Assembly: GCF_018977255.1 (NCBI RefSeq) | Contig: NW_024704742.1 | Span: 53,012,001 to 53,076,000, forward strand | DNA: 64,000 nucleotides | Reading direction: 5' to 3' | Source: Callorhinchus milii | Lineage: Eukaryota | Part shown: one piece after another, positions 25,201 to 37,200 of the stretch | Layout: each line of letters begins with the position of its first letter | How positions within the stretch are numbered: the first letter of the stretch is position 1 | Made by a program: the position numbers and the translations under genes | Notes under the pieces: model-generated | What the model saw: only the letters and a program-made list of their open reading frames with translations | Databases searched by the model: none | What the model was told of the DNA's origin: nothing

Positions 25201-28200
25201 ATTTGGGAATGGAAATAATTTTACAAAATATAAAATATGATATATTATTTCTTTGCAACCAACATTCCAAATAGATAGCTGAAAGGTTTAGATTTCTTTT
25301 TAAATTTTAAATAGAAAACACTAGAAAAATGTTTCCTGGTTCTTTGCCACACTGTTAGAGATCTTCCTTTTTATCAAAATGCAAGGATTATTATTTTTAA
25401 AATATGGGACTATCAGGAAGCACTGGAAGAAAGAAAATAAATCAAAAGATTTAATTATTTTTTCCTTTAAAAATTCTAGAAATAAAAACGGGAAGCTAAA
25501 GGCAAAATGCATTTAAATTACAATTAATCTTTAAATGCATCTTCATGTTGCAGCATTGATAAGAAAAATAAGACATGTAATGATAATATTCCTTGCATCT
25601 GATATAGCACCTTACTTTAAGATATCTCAAAGCGCTTCAGAGTATACTGTAGTGAATTGACTGTATATTCTGTGGGTGAAACACGACAGCAGTGCCCGTC
25701 GTGAATCTGATCATTAAATCCATGACAAACAGTCATGGATTTAGTGACCAAATTTTTTTTGTGGGATCATTACCCCCGGTTAATGATCTACTAATCGACT
25801 AACAACTGGGTTCGTACTTACTGCTAGGTAAAAAGAGGCATGTGGAGTAAGAAAACTTCCCTAAGGTTTCACCCTGAACGGGAATCGAACCTGGGTCCAC
25901 TCACTTGCGAGGTTCTAACCAATAAGCTACAGGACTCCACATGTATTGTTGTATTCAAGACATTGTACAGTAAATGTAATTAACTGCCTCACCTGGCACC
26001 AATAGATTGAAAACTACATGACTCAGAAGAGACCACCCATCCTTCAGTTTCTGATTCAGTATCCGTTTCTCCTGTAGGCAAAAGAATAAAAAATAAATTA
26101 GGTTGCACCTAATTTCAGATAAAATGCCAAGGCATTCTCCCAATATATTATATTGATTGGAGGAATTAATATTTCGACTGTAAAATTCACCAAAACACGA
26201 TCACCATTCAGTAGGAAGTATCTTGATCAGTAAATAACAGTATTCATTTGGATTTTCCAATTTTCTCAAGCAAATCAAGTAAATCTCCATTTTAAAAAAC
26301 CATACCGCTTTTGTATCCCTTTGCAACACAAAAATGGCCAACTTCCAATTTGTTGCCACAAATCTCTACCTTCTAGTATTATTGACTTTTTTTGCATAGT
26401 AAAGTTGGATGTTATACACAACTACTGCTGAAAATTGACATTGCAAAACAGATTTGACCACCTTTCAAAAATGTTTCTTTCACACTCAAGAATGTTTTAA
26501 GGAATTTCTTTGAATGTTATTAAAGAACTGCTCATCAAAAAGTCACGAGAACAATTCAACATTAAAAACTAATGGGTGTTCACAGCTGGTTAGCAAAATT
26601 CTGCAAACGCAGAACTCTCCACAGTCTGCGCCAACTGCATCTTGAAGTGGAAATTATAATGGACTCCAGGTGTATAAACTGGAGATTATTTCTGAGCTAT
26701 AGAGTAGGTGTGAAGCAGCCAGGATATTTAAGAGCAATTGGTAGAAAAGTAAAAGGAGGTAGAAGAAATACGAAGATTTACAAGCAGAAATCAATTAATT
26801 AAAAATGACTAGCTTCCTTAACTCCTCTCCATAGCTGATTTAACACTAATAAGTTGCAGAAAGCCCACAGGTGGGATAAATGCTTTTAAAACATTAATGG
26901 ATACAAAAACTAAAATAATGCCTATTACAAGGACATCACCAGTATGGGAAAAGGGAAACCAAAATGTTACATAAGGTTCGTTTGATAGTTTATTTATAGA
27001 CTAATTGGAAATGTAATGCTCAAGCTAAGAATGTGAAACTGGACGTTCCAAAAGGACTTATACAACTTTAAATATTGTATAATTAGAAAACTGTGATGTC
27101 AAAGAGCAATGATACGATTAGCGAATTGAGTTAAATTAAAGTAGTTTCACGTGATCTGAGAGATAAGCTTGCAAAAAAACTGCAAACTCATCTGCAGCTC
27201 AACTACAAGCCCTTTGAGCAAGACAAGAGTTGAAGAGTAAACCAAAGAATTAAAGAGATATCCTGACTTTTGAGTATACTCAAGGATTCAAATATTACAT
27301 TCAACAGTCAATAAGTCACTCCCAGTTCTGTGGGAGATTTTTTTTTCAACAATGTCTCACATTGCTACAGGCTTAGTGGATGCCAGTAAACAACAACAAA
27401 ATTACATTTGTATAGCGCCTTTCACGTCAGCGGGACATCCCAAGGCGCTGGACAATCAGTGTTTTGGACCCGACTTGGGGGTCGGGATCGGGGAGGGGTA
27501 AGGAGGGTGACCGAAGGCACAGTTGAAAAGGAGGGTCTTGAGATGGGTCTTCTTGAAGGAGGCAAGGGTGGGGGTAAGGCAGAGGGACTGCAGGGTGGAG
27601 TTCTAGAGAATGGGGCAGAGTGGCTGAAGGCACTCCCTCCAATGGTGGGGCGGGCGAGGCGGGGGATGTGCATCAGGCTGGAGTCTGCTGAATGGAGGGA
27701 GCAGGCAGGTTGATAGGGGGGGTTAGGAGGTTACAGAGGTAGGGGGAGCAAGATCATGGAGGGCTTTGAAAACGAGTACCAGGATCTTGAACTGAATCCT
27801 CTGTGTGATGGGAAGCCAGTGGAGCTGGGTGAGAATGGAGGTGATAGGGTGGTGGATCCTGGTGCGGGAAATGACACGGGCTGCAGAGTTCTAGATAATC
27901 TGCAGCCTATGGAGGGAGGAGTTAGGAAGGCCGACAAGCAGGGAGTTTGTGTAGTCGAGCCTGGATATCATGAATGCGTGTATGAGGGTCTTGGCAGCCA
28001 GCGGTGTGAGACAGTGGCAGACTTGTTGACATTCAACTGGAGGAATTTAGCTCTCATCCACGACTTGATGTCTGACAGGCAGTCTGTGAGGACAGCAGTG
28101 GTCCTGGAATCGAGGGTGGAGGCAGAGAGGTAGAGTTGGGTGTTATCCACATACAATAAAGAAGCTAAGGCAGATGGAACACAATTTACATTGTATTATA

Positions 28201-31200
28201 ATAGAAAGATAATTTGGCATTTTCTGACAAAATGAAACTTTCAAGATGTTGATAAAAATGGTAATCCTGCTTAGTCTCCACATTTCAGTAAAATACTGAT
28301 GCTGATAATCTAACCATCTGTAGTCACACATGAACGATGGCCACTTGAGCAGGAATTGGAAGGGTGTTGAAAATTTTATGGGGTAAAAACAATTATGGAA
28401 ATAACTATTCAAAAAACATCAAACCAGTTTTAAGCCAATCAAGCCTACCCTTCTAATTTTATACGTTCACGGTTGTGCTTTATAATGCTAATCCAACCCC
28501 ATTTGCCTGCCCTTTTCCATATCCCTCAATGCCCTTTATTCTCAAGTATGACTACCCTTTTAAAAGGAACCATATTGCATCCATGACCTTTCTACACCTT
28601 CCACATTTTCACAACATTCAGCTGTTACATTTCAAAACCTATTACAATTTGTTCTGATGCACCATTCAGCAGTTGATTTCAAAGTGGAGTAAGTCATCTG
28701 TCCGACAACCAATGATGTATGATATGGAACGATTAACGAGGGGAAAGCTAACATAATAACTTAAAAGCTTTGCATTGAGATGATTTTCTTTATTTTCAAA
28801 AATGTGGTTTCTTACTTGGACTGTCGAATTTGGAAACTGGTACAAGGCGGCCCAGGCACAATGGACGGTTCCCATAAGGGTCACGGACAGCGTAGATTAC
28901 ATCTTTGTACATGACAAGTAATGAATAAGAGGTAAGTGTTGCAGTCATTAAATTTCTAATCCTAGAAATAAAATGAAATTGGTGTCAACAGAGTTCCGTT
29001 TCATAAACATCGTTTTTCACAAGGAATATTCAGACAACATGTGCTATGGGAAGAATTAAATTGTCACTTTGCATCTGCCTCATCTGCACATACCATGCAA
29101 GCTATTACATACTGCGACTCAAGAAAGTAATGGTGCAGTAGTGGGCAGGTAATAATAATAATAATAATAATCCTTGCATTTGATATAGCGCTTTTCACGT
29201 CGGGAGGACGTCCCAAAGCGCTTCACAGAATATACTGTAAAGTGAATTGACTGTATATTTGTGGGCGAACGCGGCATGGGTGGGTGGGGAATGTGGATAG
29301 AATAATAAGCCTAGAGCAGAAGACGGAATGGGACAAAGGTAAAACAGAACAGTCTGGGGTTGGCAATGAACAACACAGGCTGATACAAAGTCTAAACGTA
29401 ATTTTTTTCAATTTTCATTGCTGGTATGTGAAGTGCTTTGAGATGTCCTCCTGATGTGAAAGGCACTACATAAATGTAAATTCTTCTGTTTTCTCTTCTA
29501 TTAAGTTGAAAGAGACAAGTGGAAACACTTTCTCGCATGATAATAGCTTGAGAATGAAGAATGTAAAAAATATAACAAAACAACTGGACTTATATAGCAC
29601 CCTTCACGCAGGGTCGGAGTGTTTAGCAGTAGCGGAGCATGACTGAGCCAGGGAGAGGGGAGGTAACCATAGGTAAGGTTGATTGGAAAGCTCCTCAGGT
29701 GTGATCTGAAGACGGACATTAGGGAGAAAGATAGTGGGATTGAGGCAGAGTTGCGTAGTGGCTGAAAGCACTGCCGCCAATGGTGGAGCGGAGGTGACAA
29801 GGGGAGGCCAGATCCAGCTGAATGAAGGAAAAGAGATAGAGTTGTGCCAATGCATGAAGTGATTTGTATGTAAGTTTGAGGATCTTGAAATCGATCTGTT
29901 ATGCAATACAGAGTCAGTGGAGCCTGGCAAAGACTGGAGTGATGGGATGTGGAGTTAGTACGGGTGAGGATATGGGAGGTGGAGTTTTGAATTAATTGGA
30001 TAGTGGAGCTGGGGAGACTGACAAGGGCACTGGAAAAATTAAAGTGGTAGGTGACGAATGCGTGGATGAGGATTTATGGTCAGAGGTGGGCGACTTGGCG
30101 GAGTTGAGAAAATATAACAAAGTAAAAATGATTTGCTTACCACAAAACATGCACACAACTTATTTTTCTTTATGACTAACCCAGAATTTAAAGTTTACTA
30201 TAAGTACAGTCCAAGCTTTAACATATGGAAAACTACAGGTGACTGGTGGACAGAAATACTCTTGGAGCTGCTTTGTCCCAGGATAGAGTTTCATAAAAGT
30301 AGCATTTGTTACCTAGCCACCCAGTCAGGTGTATCAGCTTCCTCCTTTGGTGGGGTCAAAGCCAGCAGCTGTGTAATAAGTTCACTGTCTGAGCTGGTGG
30401 ACAAACCAACTCCATGTCGCAGTACCTAGACGTAGAAAAGTTATTTTATTGCACTTCATTTAACAGCCCACAAATTTCACAATTATTTTCATTACGCAAA
30501 TAGTATTATTCGTTCTTTTACATTAGACAAAAACAACAGTTAATGTTGGAATAAAAAGCTGAACGCCCTCTAGAAAGTGTAAAGAGTCATTGCTCCAAAA
30601 TGTCGCTGTGTTCAAACTTAAGAGTAGAGAAGACACAGACTTAAGATGTAAACATTAACATACTTAAGAGGAAATGTGAAGCATACATGGAGAAGGGAAT
30701 GGAGAGGGGATAAGGAAGGGTGGAGGCTCCCGCAGAGAATAAATACTGGCATAGTTTGGTTGTTTTAATGCTATAGTGTATAATAAGCTTTGCAACTGAT
30801 ATAGTGCCTTCCACATCGGGAGGACATATGCTTTACAAAATTTACTGCAATGTGTGGCATCTGTGTATTTTGTAGGTTAATGTGGCAGCCAATTGGCATA
30901 GAGAAATGTCCCACAAACACCCAATAAGTCAACGACCTATGTAATTCTATGTAATACCTTCATTTTCAGTTTTTTGGCATTAACGAGTTCTCCATTGTGC
31001 GCAACAGCTATCTTTCCATGAAGAGTTTCCACTACAAATGGCTGACAGTTTTGGAGTCCAGAAATACCCGATGTGGAATATCGAGTGTGTCCTATTCCCA
31101 GGTTTCCAGTGCGAAGTTTCTGTATCTGTTCCTCTCGAAAAGTACTATTGACAAGGCCCATTCCCTATGAAAAAGAAACAGTTTTAGCATAATCACAGAC

Positions 31201-34200
31201 CTGCTTGAAATTCACAGCAGCTCAAACAGTATCTGAAAGACAAAGATGTATGTACACAAACTCCAACAAATACTTAAGTTAAAACAAAATGTAATAAGCA
31301 AGACTGAATTGATATTTGCTCAAACAAAATATGACGTAATATTGAAGGCATGTTTATTATCTGACGGGGAGGGGGTAAACCCTTTCGAGCTGAGCCGGCT
31401 TGACAATGGAATGTCAGAGTAATCAATCCTCCTTGGCAGTCTCGGAAGTCTGCTTCCTGATCCAGGTAGGTATACAGTATGACTAGGTACTGTTGATGAC
31501 AGACCAACCAACCAAGCTCATTGGCAAGGTTTGGGAGGACTAGACTAAACACCGAGAACAGGAATTCTTCCCACTCAGATACAGTTAGCTTTGCAACCGA
31601 TATAGTGCCTTCCACATCAGGAGGACATATGCTTGGGACATCCTCCCAACTTGAAAGGCACTATACAAATGTAATCTTGTTGTTGTTGTTAATGTTGCAA
31701 GCCAAAGCCCTCGGGGCTAGGGTGCTCCTTCCTGAAAAGCAGCAAGAAGCTTCGCAGACAGTCTCTCAATAGCAAGCTATAGCGCTAGCAATAGCAAGAG
31801 AATCAGAGGAAAGTATCTGCGAGGCGTGTCAGGGAGGGCGGAGGAGCCGGTTAGTGGTGGAGAACAGGAGCCTGGGATTGCCTTTTGCCTCCAGGATTAA
31901 CCTGGAATAGAAGGATGATTTGGCTGAGGCGAGAGCGGAGCGGTAGTTCTTGATGAGGTCCAGCCAGATGTGGCGGTGAATCGTTCGGCCGGATTTGAGC
32001 CAAGTGCGTTCGGCAGACTGTACATGACCATTAAGCAAGTGGACATGGCTGGCGAACCAGGGTGAGGATCGGGAGTAGAAGGCAGTTCGGGAGGTGAGGG
32101 GGGCAAGGACGTCGAGTGTGGTGGAGAGGGTGCTGTGGAGAAGAGTGAGTGCAGTGAGTGGATTGTTGCGAGAGGTGGGCCAAAGGGGGAGGAGATCAGA
32201 GGACTCCAGGGCAGCAGAAAGGGATTGCAGGGGGATCTTCTTCTACAGGCGGTAGGATATGGTAGTGGGTTTGAAGGCAGTGGGGAGAGGGATATGGGAG
32301 TTGAGGGAGATGAAATGGTGGTCAGAGATGGCCTTGTCAGTAATGGTGACATCCAAGACGCTGAGGCCCCGGATGATTCACTACCCCAGAAGGCTGTAGA
32401 TGCTCAGTCCTTGAACATCTTCAAGGCTGAGACTGATAGATTTTTAAAAAAGAGGCATTAGAGGATATGGGGATAGGGCAGGTAATTAGAGTTAGGTCAG
32501 AAGATCAGCCATGATCTCATTGAATGGCGGGGCAGGCTCGAGGGGCCGAATGGCCTACTCCTGCTCCTAATTCTTATGTTCTTATGATCACCAGGTCGAG
32601 TGGGTGACCATGGGTGTGGGTAGCTGAGTGGATGTGGAGGGAGAGGTTGAGAAAGGAGAGAGGTCTGAGGAGATGGAGCAGGAGGAGGTGAAAGTGGAGG
32701 TTGAAGTCAGAAATACATAAGTAGGGCATTTTGGATATTAAGCATGGTGATGGTTTTCCACTGGGGTCAGGCACCCAATTGACCGCAAAATGGCACATTT
32801 ATCCCATAGTCATATGTAGAATTATACTTTACTCTCAACAGTGTTCTAGTTGAATAGCCATGATAAATAAGTTTCCAATTGGGTTTGGCTTTTAAAAAAA
32901 AAGCTCTTGAAAATTTCCACTATCGGAAACAAGCATAGTGAAATATAATTACCGCAGTACGTACTTATAATAATACTTGCATTTGATACAGCGCCTTATC
33001 ACATTTTTTTGGATGTCTCAGAGCGCTTCATAGAATATACTGTAAAGTGGATTGATTGTGTATTTTGTGGTTGAAAAGTGGCAGCCAATTGTCCACAGCA
33101 TTATCCCAAACAGTCGTGGATTGGGTGACCAATTTTTTTTTGAGGGATCATACCCCCAGGAATGAGATCTGCCAATCAATAAGGAGAAACTCTTTCTTTT
33201 CAAAATTTAAAAGATCATTAAAATCTGCCTGTACAGCCAGACAGGATGTTCGCATTCAAAGAACAAAGTAATACAACTATATTTGATATTATAATGCTTA
33301 ATATCTGATTCATCAGGTTGTCACCTGTGTCAGTCCTGCATGCTATGCATGCACAACAAGTGATGTTAACAGTGACTTAATGCCGCTGAAATCAGTCAAT
33401 TTGGCTACCGATGACCCAGTTGGTGTTTTGCAGTAATGTTAAGTATTTGCATTTTTTATATAAACAAATGTCTATGACTATAAGCCTATTACGCGAGGTA
33501 AACCAAATAAGGCACAACATTATAACAAAGCAGATTACAACTATTACAAAGGTTATCATGGACATACCTTATGAATTGCATAAAGTGGCGGGGAAGCTCC
33601 ATTACTTGTCACAATTCCAGCACTTTCTTGACCTCTGCAGCAAACAATCAACATTTAACAAGAATTAGAAATGCATCTACATAATCCTGACGTGAAAGGC
33701 ACTATGTCAATGCAATTTGTTGGTGTAAAATGCAACCTACTTAATTTATATGAATTAGTTATTGAATTGTGAGCTACGAAAAGAATATACCCTGTGACCA
33801 ATTAGGTTGTAATGAGTGTATCTCAGTACTAGATTGACCAAATCCCTGATTGTCCAGCACTCTGGGCACCTTCCTGATGTAAAATGCAAATGTAATTTTG
33901 TATTGTATAATGTAAGGATAACTTCCAAATTCACTTGTATTTATGAAACCACAAAAGATGCACAATACATTACAGTATATCCTGGGAAGTGCTTTGAAAC
34001 CTCTCGATGATGTGATAAGGCACTATATGAAATGCAAGGATTATTACTATAAATTCTTGTTTGATACAGCACAAGGTTTACAGCTTGTTTAGGCCCAGAA
34101 GCACAGGCAGAATACGACCCTGAATTATTCTAACCACTATCATCTGTAAGCGAAACAAAAACAATTTGGCCATTATCATCCTGCAATCGATTCCAGTCTG

Positions 34201-37200
34201 CTGCTCAGCAATTTTAGTTGCTTTTCCTGAAAACAAGGTCCCGTCTGCATGTTCAGGTGGATGTTAAAGACCCTGTAGCACGATTTGAAAAGAGAAGGGA
34301 AAGTTTCTTTTGGTGTTCTGGCCAACAATCACCCAGATAAAATTAGTCACTCAACTCCATGGCCGCTTACAGGACACTGCTGCACCCAAACCGGCTGCCA
34401 TATTACACTGATAAAATACACAAAGTCAAACCACTTTACAGTATATCCCGTGAAGCGTTTTGAGACATCTCAACAACGTTATAAGGTGATCTCTAGCCAG
34501 ACAATGTATGAGGAGAAATGGAGAGGGAGGGAAAGAGCAAGGACATGCCTGACCTGCTGCCCTCGCGATGCTGCCTCGGTTCTGTAGTCTGCCCGCCCTC
34601 TGCAGCAATGGGTTCAATGCCTGCTCAAACTACAAGGACCGACATGCGCGGCACTCCACGCATTCTCCCTCCCCAGTGGCCGCACAAAATCCAGCAGGTG
34701 GGTGAGAAACTCTACCCTCGAACAATATTATAGTCCAAACTGAGTGAAAGGCAAGTTTAAACTCTTTGGAACAAGTGTTTCCCGAATGGAGTAAAATGAT
34801 CCCTCAATTGCACATCACATTTAATGGCTTAATAATGACATTCCACGTTCCTGTTATACTCTGTTGTTCCACTTCAACAACTTGAACACAATTGAATAGA
34901 ATAATCACAGCTGATAAACAGCCTACCTGCCGACATCTGCCGGCCCATCTGCTTTAAACATCATAGAAAATGTATAATACAGAAGAGTATATGACCCATC
35001 TGGTGGGAGGTGCCATACACTAATTCCATTGCCCTTCTCTTTTCTCATCCCCATTGCTCTGTGCCAAAAGCTTATGTGACAGATATGACGGTGAACCCAG
35101 TCACATGGGCTGCCGACTAAATAGGAGCTAACAGCTGTCATCTCTGCAGATAAACTGCACTGCAAATCGATCACCGTTGAGCGCTGCTTTTAGAATACCC
35201 ACTTTTAACACTTAAGGAAAGATTGAGATCAATACTTAATACTGAAGCAAAAATTAACAGAATGCTGAAAATCTAAAATAAAAATGTGATATGTGCAAAC
35301 ATAAAGTGCTGCTTATTCTACGTAGCATAACTTTTATTAATTAGGAACCTTGCTTATGTAAGAATAATCATGAGAATTGTACTTCAAATTGTAAACCAAG
35401 CCAGTTTGGGCTTGTTTTTGGAGAATTATACACCATGCCAGTTAGGAATCTGGGTGCCTTGTTTGACCCTCAACTATCCTTTCTCCCCCATAATAATAAA
35501 TAATCCTTGCATTTGATATAGCGCTTTTCACGTCGGGAGGACGTCCCAAAGCGCTTCACAGAACACACTGTGATGTGAATTGACTGTATATTTGTGGGCG
35601 AACGCGGCAGCCAATTGCGCACAGCAGTGTCCCACAAACAGTAGTGGATTGAAAATGACCAATTTATTATTGTTTTGGAGGGATTATTATTAGGCTCTGT
35701 GTGGAGTAAGGAAACTTGCCCAAGGTTTCGCCCTCTGCCTGGAATTGAACCCAGGTCTCTCACTTGCAAAGCGAGTGCTTTGCATATCCGTGCCATGACC
35801 TGCTCTGTCTTCCCCCACCTCCACAACATTGCCTGACTCTGCCATTGCCTCACCCCGCAGACCGCCGAAACCCTCATACATGCATTCTTCACCTTAAGCC
35901 TCGAGTAAGGAAACTCCCTCCTTGTCGGCCTCCCCAACTCTTCCCTCCACAAGCTGCAGATCATCTAGAACTCTGCAGCTCGTGTCCTCTCCCGCACCAG
36001 GCTCCGCAACTCCATCACCCCCACCCTCGCCCGGCTCCACTGGCTCCTCATCCCTCAGAGGATAGAATTCAAAATCCTTGTCCTCACTATCAAGGCCATG
36101 CACGGCCTTGACCCCTCCTACCTCTCTGATCTGCTGACCCCCATCAACCTGTCCACTCCCTCCATTCAACAGGCTCCGGGGTGCTCCAGGTCTCCCACCC
36201 GACCTACCCTACCATCAGCGGCCGAGCTTTCAGCCTCTCTGCCCCAGTCCTTGGAACTCAGTCCCACAATCCCTTTGCCTTGTTCCCTCTCGCTCGCCTC
36301 CTTCAAGGCACGGCTCAAGACCCTCCTTTTTGATCATGCCTTCAGCTGCCCTCATACCCCACTCTGCGCTCTCCCATCCCAACCCTGCCCCCATGCTTGG
36401 GTGCTGGTCCCTGACTGTTCAGCACCTTAATAATAATAATAATCCTTGCATTTGATATAGCGCTTTTCACGTCGGAAGGACGTCCCAAAGCGCTTCACAG
36501 AACCTTGGGACGTCCTCCCAATGTGAAAGGTGCTTTACAAATGTAATTTTGTTATTGTTCATACTCGTAACTGCAAAGGGCCAATAGAAATGCCCTACAA
36601 ACAGCAATGAAGTGAATCGCCTATTTTAATCAGGGGATTGTTGGCCAGGACATTGGGTGAAACTCAAAACTTGAGAGCGTACGTGCTGCACGCATAACCC
36701 TCGTTCTGATCTACCAGTTGAAATATCCCTGCTTTTAATAATAATCCTTTCATTTGATATAACATCTGCTGGATATTTCAAAGTGCTGTATATTTGTGGG
36801 TGAAAATGTCTACAAAGTGAAATGCAATGTCCTATACACCCTTCGAGCATTCTTCAAAACATTGCAGGTTTTCTGGCTGATTAGCAAAACAGCTTTGACA
36901 TAGATGAGTATTTAATTCCAGTTACTATCTTTACCAACTACTTGCGCAATGTTATATAAATTCATATTGTTACAAAACATAAGAATCTTCAAATGAGGAA
37001 TCTTTTTTAGCTCCTCGGAAAGAAAGAATTCACTTGGAGCATTTTAAGTATTTTAATGAATTTCATACTTCCAATTAGTTTAGGGATAGGAGTTCTTCCC
37101 CTCCCTCTACACTGCCCTGAATTCTTCAAATTTGGATCACCAGGCTACAGAAAGTGAAATATTTACTGTCATGTACCATCAGGTATTTTTTGTTACACAA

